From Ramazzottius varieornatus (lineage: Eukaryota > Animalia > Tardigrada), in the NCBI GenBank assembly GCA_001949185.1, contig BDGG01000007.1:1-64000 (forward strand): a stretch of 64,000 nucleotides of DNA. The letters are read 5' to 3'. The notes under the pieces were generated by a model. The model did no database searches. It saw only the letters and a list, made by a program, of their open reading frames with translations, and was not told the DNA's origin. Positions 27,875-40,773 of this stretch are shown here, piece by piece. Both the position numbers and the translations under genes were made by a program. How positions within the stretch are numbered: position 1 is the stretch's first letter; the number at the start of each line of letters is the position of its first letter.

Positions 27875-28875
27875 CTAGAAATAGTTATTGGTATTCCGAG
27901 GTCGGCTTGGCGACGTCGTCGTAGACGGAGAGGATGGTTCAGCTTCCACGTAGTGCTGAAATTTATCAGTTTTTATCTGCCGAACATACGCTTCAGAAGA
28001 CTTCTGGAGAAAATCGTCCAGAAAACCATCTAACGGAACAGCGCCTGTCGTAAACTGTTTCCCTAAAGCCTGAAAAGAAAGATACTAGGTCGAGAACCAA
28101 GTGAATATTTAACAAGTGGCAACATGTCAAAATAAAATCCCACCTCGCATTCTTCCGTTGCTTTCTCGGCTAACGTCTGTGCCGATGCTAGTTTAGGTTC
28201 CAAAGGTCCTTTGGAGCTCCTCGATTCTGGAAACGAAGAATTCTCGTCAAAACACAGGCTTCAGATGGGAAGTGTCAGCAACAACAGGTCGACTTAAACG
28301 GCCCAAGCAACAGTCAACTGAATGCGAAGTAACCGCCCAGGATAACTGGCCCCTGACGTCAAGCTCTACTCCACATATGAACTCCTAATAACCTGGTAAT
28401 GCAGATGGACTTATGACGTCACAATTCAGTACTGTGAATTGATACCTCATAACGCCGATTGACGTTTTCTGTCCAATTTTCACCGGTGTCACTCCAGAAC
28501 TGTCCTACCTCGTTGTAGTCTCTCTACTTCCCGACGTTTTTCTTGCAATTCCACTTGCGTTCTCCGTAGTCTGTCTTGAGCAGAACGTAGTTTGGTATGA
28601 CGACTTAACGTCTCCTGAGCGTAACATCTAGTCTCCATTTCCAGGTCGTCTCGCTTCTGCCTTACTCCGCGGCAGAAAGGGTGGTCAGCAACAAATTCGT
28701 CCAGCTTGTCATCATCATTCAGTAAAGCCTTCAGACTTTCTGTGTCGAGCAAATGGAGTCCGTCAAAGGTAGAGCTGAGAATATCCACAGCGGTGCCGTT
28801 GGATCTGCGATTGCTGCTTCTGCTCGCGCTGCTGGCCGTAGAGCTTGGCGTTTCCGTCTTCCTCCTGCTTGCCAT
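27875..28875 (-). CDS. VPS37: ESCRT-I subunit VPS37-like (Mod(r) domain), three exons
   Basis: LDTESLKALLNDDDKLDEFV, a coiled coil, then TEECE|ALGKQFTTGAVPLDGFLDDFLQKSSEAYVRQIK. Confidence 0.72.
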
Positions 28876-29181
28876 GAGAAAGTTGAACCCGTCCAGTTGA
28901 AGCACCTGCGAAGTTTCGGACTGGTAAAGCCAGATCGGGATTTGAGATTCACGGGATAGAAGTTGGATTTTGAGTTCCGGAAAAATTTCTATTTGATGAT
29001 ATCAGAGTCAGTGATGTCATACACGGTGATGTGTTGATACATAGGGGGTTCAATAAGTTTAAAAGCTGCGTTCACCAGAAATTTTGTGGTCGTTCGATCT
29101 CGGCAACTTTTTGCATAAAGCGAAAGCAACTTAGGGCAATACTGCAATATATTACAGCCTAGGCTGGGAAGTCATTCGTTG

Positions 29182-30084
29182 CAGTGTTGTTCCGATAAGA
29201 CTTTTGACGTTTAAATTACAATTACGATTATTCGAAATTCTTCGCGCAGCCGTAATTCGAATTGCCGGTAGTTCGTCGTTACTGAACTGAAGATTAAGAT
29301 TAATCGGAATTCAGCGACAGCAATTCGAATTATTTAAATTATTACGACATCATTTGGTAATTTCAATTTTTAATATAGTATGACCCTCTTTCTTCCCCCT
29401 GCAGACTTCTTTACATTTAGGACTCCACGTTTGGAGTTCCAACATAGATGCTTAGCTCACGGGTTGCAGATGGTGACGGGGGAGGCACGGAATTCTCGGA
29501 GGATTCAAGTCCACGACGGAGATGCGCTCGTGAATGGCTTCTTACCCATCTTCTGCCTATCGGACTTCTGCTCTCCCTTGTTCTGATTATCGACGATGAT
29601 TGAGATGTCAGTCTGAAAATAATAGATCAGCGATAAATTCTGAACGTCGCACAAAGTCACTCGAAAATTCTATGGCTTCAGTTCCGGTGACGCTTTGCGG
29701 ATTTATCTCCTCATTAAATCAACGATCAAGCCCTGATGTGCTAGCCTCTGAATGCGTTAAATCCGGGGGCAAATTGGCGGATTGCACTGCGGGCGCTGAA
29801 AGCTGTAGATTTAACTGGCCAGCTTAAAGTTATAATTTTGCGGTAATAATGCGCTAATTCAAATCGACCGTGGTGTCTTATTCCAATTGTGCATATTTCA
29901 ATTAAGCCACTGTGTGATTTGAATTACGAATTAAAATACTCTGATCATTCCCCATTTAAATTTGAATTGCGATTCATATCGAAATAGGTTGACGAAAGGT
30001 TCTCATGTTGAATTCCCGTACCGGAATTCCAGAAAGGCTTAAATCAGCCGTTTCCAATTATGTAATACAATAATCGGAACACTG
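29182..30084. mobile_element. Degenerate MITE / non-autonomous DNA transposon
   Basis: Imperfect TIRs CAGTGTT(GTT)CCGATA / TAATCGGAACACTG. Flanks ATTCGTTG and AATTTCGTTG resemble an eroded TSD. AATTAC/AATTCG subterminal repeats. Confidence 0.45.
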
Positions 30085-30313
30085 AATTTCGTTGGAAAAG
30101 TTTCAGAAAGTTTTGTAAGGTACACTGGCCTCTTTGATTTAAGGCTCAAGAATGCACGAGGAGAAAACATTTGTGTCCTTCTTTGTCCCGGGTCATTAAT
30201 TCGTTCAATCCTACTTGAAAAATGTCCTGAACAATACTCTTGCTGGCATTAGCCTCCAAATTCTTCATAGAAAACAAGATTGAGAGATCACGTGGCCGGA
30301 AACCGAACCCAAG

Positions 30314-30739
30314 TAGAGCCCTGCGGCAGTAGCTGAAACCAGTACTGCTCCTGCACTGTATCCGGTTTCCAGAAAATACAACTGCACTGCATCTGCATTT
30401 TTGGGCTGTCTTCCAGACTGCCACTGTACTGCACTGCATTTAAAAATTCAGAGTTTCCGCCCGCCAATGGAAATACATGTTAAACACATCGTAAACGTCG
30501 TTGTTTTACGAGGATTCAACCGAAAAACGGTCCCAACCGGCCACAAAACGCAAAAGAAGCCGATTTACTACTTTTCTGGGACAACAACAGTATGTTGCGA
30601 CGAACGGTGCTCACTTTTTCAAAACTGCAACTGCACTGCAGCTGCATTTTCTCACCATTCCGGCGACTGCAACCGCACTGTATTGCAGTAAAATGCAGTG
30701 CAGTGCAGTGCAGAACGTACTGGATGTTGCACGGCTCTG
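30314..30739. mobile_element. Non-autonomous hAT element (MITE)
   Basis: TIRs TAGAGCCCTGC / GCACGGCTCTG. Perfect 8-bp TSD AACCCAAG (30306-13, 30740-47). ACTGC/GCAGT subterminal repeats. Confidence 0.9.
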
Positions 30740-31309
30740 AACCCAAGGCGATAATAAATTAACCCATGGGAAAACGTGAACCTAACGTAACTTTTCGTCC
30801 CCATTAGGACACGCCCCCTCTCGACCCAAACTAGCCAACACATCAAGTGATGTCGTCGTAGAATACAACGAAACCTGAAAACCATTTTTGGTATCCTGTC
30901 AGACAGTCTCGCCCACCGACCTTCCCTACAGTGCCACAAAGCATTCTTCGATACCAGAACGAGTGGCTCCAGAGTACGGAAGTGTGAGCTGACAACTTAG
31001 TCCAAGGGTGGAAGGGTTCTGCACTCATGGAGGGCGCCTGAGGCTATGAGCGACGGAGCAGCAGAGGCGCGGATCGCCGAATTGCGAGCTGACAGGGGTT
31101 CAGGTTTCGCCGCGCCTTGAAGTTAATGGAAACAGACTAAATTTGGGGTTTTGTTTGTTGTATGTGATTTTGTGAGTAGATGACAAGTTTTGAAGAAGTA
31201 TGTTCTGCTAGTTTTGCATGAAGGACAGTCTGATGTTAGTAGCGATAACGATTCTGGATAAGAGAAGTCTGAATGAGCTTATTTGAAGATGGACGTATAC
31301 TGTGGCTGT

Positions 31310-33300
31310 TTAGATGCGTTCAACGATGTTCCGTCCTCGTTTGTTCGACAGCCAGAAACAAACGGCGCGAGCAGTCGACGGGTTCTCGGTGTATGTCGCT
31401 CCGTCAGGTTGTGGGTACAATGGAGCTGAGGGACTACTGTGGATCTTAGGGTGTTCCTTCCTGCCACACTGCATCATCTTCTTCGGGCCGATGCTGATGT
31501 AAAGACAATAGGTAGATGCGATCAAGACCAGAACCACCGAACCGACGATAAATAACATCTTCCAATCCGTAAAATATTCTTGTACAGCTGTAACGATGCT
31601 AGGAATCTGTGATTGGCTATCACTCTTCCTCCGTCGTACAGCTCATTAACTTCTGGGAAACCCTGCGTATAGTATCTAATGTAGCTGTAAGTTGTCCTAT
31701 GATGTCGGTACCTGCGTATTACCGGCCGTTCACGTTCTGGAAAACCGTGAGCGCCGTTGAATCCGCGGTATAGTTGAGCAACTTGGCTAGATGCAGACGG
31801 CTCACTGCGACTGTTGCCGTCATCGGTACCCATTCCGTGCCGTTGTAAGAGTACGCGGTTTGACCAATCTCAATACGGTTGTTGGTATGCAAGCGAGGAT
31901 TAATGGTCAGCACAAGCGTGTAACCGTCCAAAGAAACCGACCTGTTTCGGAAAACTGGTTCGTATCCACACTGTGTGTGTTTGACTGCGACCGTGCTTTT
32001 GATCACTTCACACTGGTAGAGAGTCGCCATGTTTCCTTTGGAATCGATGGTTCTGCAGCGGTCAGAGCCTAGAAGCTAGGCTGCTCGGAACGATCATGAT
32101 TGGCGATACATGGTCAGCAGAGTAGCGGTGTTCATCCTAGTGCTGCGGTCCACCTGTCGTAGCTTTCGATGGATGACGGTGATTTTCTCCATCACATTGT
32201 CGGATACGTACTGCTGATGTGAAATGTCCCATTGTTGGTTAAGACGACCTACCGAGTAGACTGGAGAAGCAGTTGTTTCGGCTTCTGAACGGGGAGCGCG
32301 ATGTTCCTCCATAGGAGCACGAAGGTCTTCCACAGGAGCACGCAACTCTTCCACAGGAGCACGAGGCTGTTGCACTGGGGTATGAGTCACCATAACCTTT
32401 TCCAAACCCTGTCGTGGAATGTCTAGATGGTGGTCATCCGAAGGAGCGAACGACGCTTCGCGATTCACTTCCGTCTGCGGACTTCCAAAGTAAGGCTGAA
32501 CATTTCTTTGGTCACCGGGCACGAAACCGTAGTTCTGGCTGTCACTAAGTCGATAGGCACGATTTCCTTGGTTTCTGTAGACTTCTCTCGAGACGGTAGC
32601 GTCTCGCCTACGAGATAATGGTTCGTGTTGCCGGTGTTGCTGGTTGAGAACTTGACTTGGTAGGGTGGGTGGTGTGTGTGGTGGATTGTCCTGAGTCGTT
32701 ACCTCTGCTGTCGCTGTAGGGGGTCGTTACCTTTGCTGTCGTCTGCTGTCATAACACACGTTCCCTCGAGAATCGAGAAAGAAAACGTTCTGGATATAAC
32801 TTCAATACGTCACAGCCCATCGATCGTGTTCGGGATTTTGCGTAGATATATGTTTCATGAAACTCGTGACATCAGAAACAACCAAGTACGGCTGTGAAGT
32901 AACGAGTATTTAGCCTGCAAGTATTCAAAAATCGAAGATCTCCTTGCGGAATACATTCCGCTTAGTACATAGGTATGCGTCCTACCCATCGTGAGGTGAC
33001 CGCAAGCCTCTCAGTATCCTGTTCTCGCAAGTTATAACAAGAGCTGTGACGTATTGAAGTTATTACAGAGGCCAGTGTATATGGGTATCTCCATACGAGA
33101 ATGCGTCCGAAGTGTGTCTGACAAAATTGTACAGGAGAACGTTTTGAAGTTTCTGGACCCGAAAGTCTCACTGTAACCAGATTTACGCCTACAACAAACA
33201 GACCTCGAGAAACACGAATCTGAAGCCAGAATCAAGTTCCTACCACGGGTCAGAAAGTTACATGCGGCAACCCAGAAGAGCGTGAAGACTGTGTCGTGCA
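31310..33300 (-). pseudogene. Decayed viral-type envelope glycoprotein (gB-like env of Tas/BEL-type retroelements)
   Basis: QQYVSDNVMEKITVIHRKLRQV heptad, then ATLYQC...TQCGYEPVFRNRSVSLDGYTLV...GQTAYSYNGTEW. C-terminal TM (LFIVGSVVLVLIASTYCLYI). Thr-rich insert with a basic site upstream. Intronless, with stops and frameshifts. Confidence 0.6.
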
Positions 33301-34013
33301 TGAATTAGCACGCGCAACGGTCCAATGCGATGTGCGCAGCTGTGTTCGATCAGTTAATCAAACACTAGCTTTTGCCGCACAACATCCTTCGGAAGTGGTC
33401 CCTGATGCGCGTCTCCGGCTGGCGTGCGTTGCCAACGCTAAGATTCCCCCTTAACACCCATGTACTGTCTGATTGGTTAGCTCGAATATATCAAGCGTTC
33501 GTTCTGGTTTCATTACCGCGGCAAAGTGCCCCGGATTGAACCTATTGTACGGTTCAACATTCCAAAGAACTTGATATTACAAAAACCCAATTGCAAGCGA
33601 AAATGCTTTGGACGCATTCTGATATGGGGATTCGCATATCAGGGAAGTCTTTCTAGGGCTTGACGTTCCAGAAGAAATTATCTGGTTTCTTCAAAATTGC
33701 ACGTACGAGTTTGACTTTATGTCTGGATGAAAGAGGGTTGTCTAGTGACTAGCTTTGGCAGAAGGAAGTCAAGCCGGACCGCTGTTCACGCTCGAGAAAA
33801 AAAATCGTTTTTGCACCAAGTGATAATGCGCAATTGAAAAGGGGAAAAACCAGCTGGTGCCTCACCTGATCACCAGTCGGACTTTGGCACCTTTTCTGTT
33901 TTCTCCGCCACGTTCCCATTCCTGATTGAAGTCAGTTTCCACTCTGTATTCCCTTCACACTCAAGTTGCTTTTTGTGGAAGCGCTAAGAAATCATCTGTC
34001 CCGGATATTCGAA

Positions 34014-34222
34014 AAACTTTGGCACGCCGATACGACTTCCGGTACATCCATGCCATACATGCCATAATTTTTAACTGTATATTCACAATCGGCTCGAATA
34101 ACACAGGAATAAAATTACGAGGTGCGCGAGTTTACGAGAAAAACAACATTTTGCATCTTTTCAAAAAACTATGGCATGGATGGCATGGATGTACCGGAAG
34201 TCGTATCGGTGTGCCAAAGTTT
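34014..34222. repeat. Short fold-back / MITE-like inverted repeat (~58-bp arms)
   Basis: AAACTTTGGCACGCCGATACGACTTCCGGTACATCCATGCCAT... is mirrored by ...ATGGCATGGATGTACCGGAAGTCGTATCGGTGTGCCAAAGTTT. Confidence 0.85.
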
Positions 34223-34971
34223 GTCTTCCCTAGCGCAGTTCGACAAGCCATTCTATGTTTCGTCCCGCTATATCCATGCTGATATGGCTGTAGGATGAGG
34301 TCCAAGAACAAAATCAGATAGCGGTGTGGACGGAACATGGTGTAATGTCATGCCTCTTCGGTAGCTTGGTGGTACTCCGCGTACAGCTACAGTAATCTTT
34401 CTACGAAGTAAGAAACCGTGATCTCCCTCTGCAGTCTGCAGACCCGTCATCGCATTGAAACTTTTGGTGACAGAATCTGTCAACCTTACAGATCTTCCTG
34501 AGGATATCGACAACCTGCATTATCTTTTTCACAGCGGCCATCTGGTTCAAGAGCTCTAGAGCAGATCAGTTCACTAACTGAAACCTTCTCGAAGGACACA
34601 TCGCATAGTTATTGAATCGTCACCAGCAAGGATATATTGTTGGTCGAGCAACTGGAAGTGGTGGTCCTTTCGCCATATATTAGCGGAGTGGCTATCCACC
34701 CGTTCACCATCCACCCGTTTTGGGTGGATGGTGCAAATAGCCATTAACTATCTATGCCCCTTGTGGGTTCAAATAGCCTTCGACTATTTGCACCAGCCAT
34801 CTGGGGGCAAGCAGCTGTCATATATTTGCACCACCCTGGAAGAAAATTGTATGTAATCGCCGTTTGACCTTGCTTCATGGTGGGTGCACGCGCACTACGG
34901 TCCCTTTTCATTCCCATCGCACCACACCCTTGGCCGCTACAGATATTGATTGAATTATCGTGCCTTGATTG

Positions 34972-35545
34972 CAGGGTCGAACGGCCCTGTGTCCTTGTGG
35001 AAACGTAGAGCGTCAAAGAAAACTTGATTCTGGCTTAAAATCTATTTTGTCAAAAATTAGGAAACTGTAAACTGCTAGTCATCGTTAACTCTCAGAATTT
35101 TAAAGTTCGAAGACCGACACTTCCAATCAGGAAAAATATATTTTTGGAATTTTTAAAAAGAGTTACGACATGGATTTTTATGAAGGGGATGACTGCAACG
35201 AATCTACTATGTATCTAGCTTTCTGTCGGTAACAATCTTTTTTCATAGAAAACGTGGGGTGTTCGAATTATATCCTACGGTAATGTCAGCCGCATGTTTT
35301 ATTTTCATTCGTACTTTTTCAGTAGTCCGCATACATAATTTCGTTGTACTTTGCTGTTCGTACAATAGTATTCAATGGAAAACCAACACAACAGGTTTCG
35401 AAGTGACGGTCGCCACACTTCAAAATTTTGAAAGTTAACGATGACTTACAGTTTCCTAATTTTTAAAAGAAAAAGATTTTGAGCCAGAATTTAGTTTGTT
35501 TTGACGCCCCACGTTTCCGCAAAGATACAGGGCCGTTCGCCCCTG
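34972..35545. mobile_element. hAT-type MITE with ~150-bp imperfect TIRs
   Basis: CAGGGTCGAACGGCCCTG... / ...CAGGGCCGTTCGCCCCTG. Perfect 8-bp TSD CTTGATTG (34964-71, 35546-53). Confidence 0.9.
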
Positions 35546-35651
35546 CTTGATTGTGTCCCCGGTAGCGCGTTTTTCCATCAGCGATGTGGAATTACGTGCG
35601 ATTTTTCAGCGTTGCTTTAGTTTTTGCATACAGCTGCTCCATTCAAAGTTG

Positions 35652-36330
35652 TTATTCGTTAGTTATAAACACAGCATAAAAGATCCGGTTATTGTTTGTC
35701 AGAAAGAGATGAAATCTCACTGCGAAGATAAGTCTGAACCAGAGGCAATAGAAAACAAAACAGGACCGAGCGCTGCAAATAAGCAAGTTGGTGTTGTGTC
35801 GAAAAAGGAAACAATGTTCCGACACAAGCGATGAATCAGTAATGAGGTCAAAAAACAGGAGGAGGCACCAGTGTTTCTCAGGTTCCGGGGTAGCTCCGCT
35901 TTGCTCGTCACGAGTATCACACATTCTTTTGTGCATCACCGCCATCACGACATCCTTTCGTTCTTGTTCATTCGCCTCTGGGGGGCATTGCCCCAAGAAC
36001 CTCTCGATCGGGAAAAGCTTTAAGCATATTTCTCTACGTAAACTTGCAAAAGCGAGAAGAACAATATCTGACAAAGTTACTTCCTGATGCCTTGCTGCTT
36101 TCTCGCAGGTACTGTAGGCCCATACCTTGGGCGGCAGGTCGCGAAAGTTAGAAGGCGGCAGTACAATATCCCTGCTGGTAGAAGCAACGTTTATTCGGGA
36201 GACCAGTCCAAACAGTCGGACAGAAAAATCGACAAACTAAGTGGGGTGCAAACAGCCGACGGCCATCTGTATCCGCAAAAGGCGCAAACAGTCGGTGCTT
36301 GCTTGCACCTGATGCATGGTACAAATAGTC
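35652..36330 (-). pseudogene. Possible BEN-domain-like gene remnant
   Basis: FVDFSVRLFGL...LPPKVWAY / EICLKLFP...KDVVMAVMHKRMCDTR resembles the BEN helical pattern. Contains in-frame stops. Confidence 0.3.
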
Positions 36331-37086
36331 GATGGCATTCAGAATGAGGGGGCAACAGCCTTAGCCATTATATCGCTGGAACGCAGGAGTACGGCCCCCG
36401 ACGGCCTCCAAAACCCTTTGAACTTTTATCTGCTATACTGTGTTGGCTCAGCGAGTTCGGCATTTTCCATAACAGCCGCTACGAGCTTGGCAAGATCAGA
36501 CTGGTTTCTATATAGGCAAGCGACCAGAAATTGACTAGATTAGAAAGACCCTGTCAGAAGTTTGGGCTGTCTGTCGTATGCAACGTACCCCGATGGAGTA
36601 CGTGACAACTATGCGAATATGATCAGGCTTCCAGCTAGGTTGTAAGGCTAACTGCTACTGGAACATACAGAGTAGATTATACTCAGAGTCAGATGTAGAA
36701 CTATAAGCGCACGGAGCTTATATACTATAGCTAAACATGTAAACAGTAATGAGAATGAGTCTGGCGTAGATGTTCCCAAAGGTAACTTCTATGATCAAGA
36801 TAATTCAGAGGTGGTACAAACTTACTTCCGTTACGCAAGATGACTCAAGAGGCATCCGTATCTCAACGGTAGTACATTGAAATGATGTTGGCACTTGGCA
36901 CACATGTCAACGTACTAGCATACACTACGTCACATGTATCGATCTTAACCTCCACAAACAATGTGTGTCAAATTATGGCGTAAAACACTGACTGGTAAAA
37001 ATGCCGCCATATCCTCGATCGGTTCTGCTTTCTCTTTGTCGACTGAAAACGCTATGGCCAAGTGGGTTTTGCATTTAGCAGCGAGA

Positions 37087-38148
37087 TCATCCAGATCGTA
37101 AGATGTAGACCCGATGGAAAGCACTGCGCAGTTCTGTCAAAGTAAGCACGAGCCATATGGGATCCAGAATGCTGATAAACTCGAATAGCATGGATCCTAT
37201 CGGATGGATACCGGGGACGTTGATGTTGAAGAGTAATAACGTGAAGTAGACCTGATCGGGTGCGAAACGAGCTAGTACACCTATTGTCATTAAGCAGAGC
37301 ACGATGAAGTTACGGTTGATTTTACGAAGCGAAACTTTGATGGCTGGGTTTGCCACAGGGCCCTCGACGTTGTTCGCGTCTTGTCCCCCAGTTTTTGCAA
37401 CCGTTCCTGCTTCGATTGGGCGAGTGGCTGTTTGTCGTGAAGTGATGTTCGTTTCAACCTTTGGCCTGACGCGGACAGCTGGCACTCTGAAAGCTTTCCA
37501 GCAGACCACTGGGAAGACCAGCAGGACTATGACGATTGGAAGGTTGAATATCAGCATTTGCATAATGAGCAGCCATTCGTACGGCGCATCCGTGGCGATG
37601 TTACTGCCCTTGATCTCGACCGGTGGTCGATAGACAAAAACATCCAGTAAAATGCCCGGAATCACACAGATATTGAGGTAGATCCACATGGACAGGCAAA
37701 CGCCGACGGCAAATTTGAGTTGGTGTTTCTGGAGGTAAGAGACTGGGAAGGTGACGGCCCAAAGTCGGTTCATTGCGATCAATGCGTGCGCATTACACAT
37801 GCCTCCACAAAAGACGTAACTGGTATACTGCGCCATGGTACATAACGAATTTCCAATCCACCATGTTGAGTACAGTTTGCCGACCACATCGAGCGGGTTG
37901 TGGAATATAACGGTTATGATGTTGGCTATGAAAAGATTGACAGCGTATACGGTGAAGGGCGTGAGCAGGGAAGGTTCGCGAGCGAACAGATAAAGGACTC
38001 CGCCGTTGGTCAGCAGGGGGCTAAACTGAATAAAGATATTAAATATTGTCCAGAAGTTCCAAGTTGCGACATCGGCTGCAGCATTGGTTCTGTTGGCAAT
38101 TTCATCCAGCCTGCCTGAGAAGTTAAAGACAGATCCGTTCGTGTCCAT
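37087..38148 (-). CDS. Intronless class A (rhodopsin-like) GPCR, 353 aa
   Basis: Seven hydrophobic segments, N-terminal glycosylation sites, TM3 Cys, MNRLWAV (DRY-like) and LDPIWL (NPxxY-like). Confidence 0.88.
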   Translation of the reverse strand: MDTNGSVFNFSGRLDEIANRTNAAADVATWNFWTIFNIFIQFSPLLTNGGVLYLFAREPSLLTPFTVYAVNLFIANIITVIFHNPLDVVGKLYSTWWIGNSLCTMAQYTSYVFCGGMCNAHALIAMNRLWAVTFPVSYLQKHQLKFAVGVCLSMWIYLNICVIPGILLDVFVYRPPVEIKGSNIATDAPYEWLLIMQMLIFNLPIVIVLLVFPVVCWKAFRVPAVRVRPKVETNITSRQTATRPIEAGTVAKTGGQDANNVEGPVANPAIKVSLRKINRNFIVLCLMTIGVLARFAPDQVYFTLLLFNINVPGIHPIGSMLFEFISILDPIWLVLTLTELRSAFHRVYILRSG

Positions 38149-40090
38149 CCCTCAATTTCACGTGAGTTCTCGTTCGGGACTCAGTACTTCAGCTGAACGA
38201 TGAGAGAAGAAGCGATTCGAACGGGTGAATTCAAAAATGCACATCACTGTTCAACTTGTATCATCAACACAGTGCGCATTTGTCGATCTTGATTTCATGA
38301 TCAGTGGACAAATATGTTGGCCAAGACTACCATGAGCTTTTGCGAAAGCTGTGAGTAATTAGACCAGAAGAAGTGATGCCGCAAAAATAATTCATTGTGT
38401 TCCAATACACGTTTAAGAAGTTAGAGTGCGAACTGAGCACTCTGATGCAGCGATTCCACTTCTCGTAACTGGCGCGTTTTTGCCGAGTAGACCAGTGAGC
38501 TTTCTGGTCGACAGACGGGTTTTTGTCCTCTGACAAGCCCAGCGTAATCTCCAGGTATTCTTTTTCCAGCATCGGCCTTGACGTTTAGGACTGGCCATAC
38601 TCGGTGCCGAATGTTGTGCTTTTTCTACGCAGCTCTGCTGCTGTTTGATTAAGGATCGGGTAAAAAGTAGAGTACAGAAGAAACTTTTGGCACGAGTTGG
38701 TTGTCAATCAACCTAAGTAACGTTCATGCACGCTACGGTAGCCTGTGTATTCCGCCTCGAGCGTTTTCATGTTTTTCCCGCCACGTGGGCAATCTTGCGA
38801 CTTCCATGAAGCACGTGGGACTGGATCTGCCGTTTCGAAGCCGTGCATCTTCCGCTCTCGCACAGAGGTTAGCTGATTCTGTACGACACACGTTTGAGCC
38901 AAAACGCGCAAGAGTTTTGCCGGGGATAACGGGATTGCTGCTTCTTCCAGACTCTAGTAAAAAGCATTCCTGCCGGCTTCAATTGTGGCAGTGTCTTCCC
39001 TGCTACGCACCAGTTCCCGAGTAGACCAGATACGTAGACCAGATCCGCTTCCTCGTAGTTTCCTACAAGGAAGAAACACGAACACCCCAAATATCCCTAC
39101 TCACCAGTAGTTCTTTCAAGGTGCTGCCCGGCGCCAGTCAGTATCTCTCAATCAAGAAGTCTTTGATTCCCTGAAATCCTATCTGAACGCAGACTTGGGA
39201 GTCTGGAAGACGGCTGGACCTCATTTCTCACAGGTACTTCCGGGATCTCGAGACCACCACAATCAATCAACCACTTATTTCCTATCACGAGAAATCACAA
39301 GGAAGAGTACAAGTTCGTATCACGGCAAACGGCGACCGAAGATTCTCGCCAGCGAAGCTCTGCTCGCAGGCTGGCAAAAGGTGGGTTGGGTCAAGTACAC
39401 CACAACACCAGATGCGTCAGAATCAGGAACCGAATAAGATATGGGATAAAAATGAATCAACCAAAGGAGAACAAAAGGGAGCGGGGCTGTTTGATTGTGC
39501 CAGGAATTTTTGATTGATGGCAGTGGAGTTCTTTATCCCCGCCACGCAATATTTACTGGCTTGTCACGTGACTACGCGAAACCTTAGAGGTAACACAGTA
39601 TTCAATTCCCCACAGAAGCATGTACCGAACCTAACATACTCTTACCGAACATACACTTAAGTAGGGACCATAGATGCCGCCAGCCAAAAAGTTCGTGCCA
39701 AAGTTCGTGCCGTCACTAGGAGGTGCACCCCTGCACACCGACCTCCAAAGCTTGGGGTCCACCAATACTTCTTAACCTTAGGGTCTAAACTATTTTTTCG
39801 GATCAGCTGCTTTGGGGGAGGGGGGTGCACTCTTCCTAGGAACATGGCACGAACCTCGTATGGCAGGCGACAACCATGGTAGGGACATACCCCATTCTGC
39901 CATGTACCTCCTGAAAACGTTGTTTGACCACCATCTCGACCACCAGTCTAGCACGATCCAGATATCACACGACTTCCAGGCGGCGCTGGGCCCCGAGTGA
40001 CTCACTGCGCCGTGCTTTGGTTTCCTGCCAGCTCCACTCACACGGGAGCGATTCCCGAGCTCACCTGAAATCTGTGACATTTGCTCTTTT

Positions 40091-40120
40091 CACGCCGAGC
40101 GAAGCGAGGCCCTTTTTAGT
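40091..40120 (+). repeat. Possible Helitron-like 3' end
   Basis: GCCGAGCGAAGCGAGGC hairpin followed by TTAG|T (canonical is CTAG|T). Confidence 0.25.
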
Positions 40121-40773
40121 CTGGTACAAAGTCAATGAATGGCACGAGTGATGAAGCTTCCTGAAATCGCAAACTCGCCACTGTAGAAAGATGCGCCAGT
40201 TGATGTGGGTGGCAAAAATTTTTATTCGCAAACCCTGTTTAACTCGGTAGCGTTTTCAGGCTCGGCATACTCTCATCGGCATCAGGCACACCGAAACGAT
40301 ATAAGGGGCCCACAAGACAACGGGAGTCATACAGTACAGCCGTCACAACAGCCCGCCAGGAGCTTCTACGATCCATACGTTTGGAACGTCGCGTGGCGGA
40401 CTGCTGTGCCACTAAAAACGGTAAACTTCAACTTACTTCCCCGTTCTGCCGACTATCCCAGCCGAACTGGCGGGTAAGAGGACGACCGAGAACCGAAGGC
40501 GCGCAGCGCGAGAGAGCGAGTCGTCAGAGGAATCAGGGGGCTCGCCCCCTGATCTTAATATTCTACCGCAAAACGCCAGACGAGCCCAGACTACTCAATG
40601 CCCCCAGTTGACCTGGCGGGTTAGTGGCTCTGGCGAGTTTTCTTTGATTTGCGGAGGTCCCCTTATTATTGATACAAACACTGAGAATAGGTCTGCGGAA
40701 GTGGGCCAGCAGATCATCGATTCATTTTGGGCCATTGTTTGAAGTTATTTGTTTCCACCTGCTGCACCGGATG

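Noticed and set aside
30340-30715. ACTGC/GCAGT short repeats suggesting an array or CRISPR
   Set aside because: No repeat-spacer periodicity. They are subterminal repeats within a TSD-flanked MITE in a eukaryotic genome.
34705-34733. 12-bp hairpin CACCATCCACCC/GGGTGGATGGTG
   Set aside because: Real but short, probably a TE scrap. There is no basis for a terminator or ncRNA call.
38200-39430. Fragmented ORF-like text on the - strand, possibly an old transposase
   Set aside because: Many stops in all frames, and no motif I can assign with confidence.
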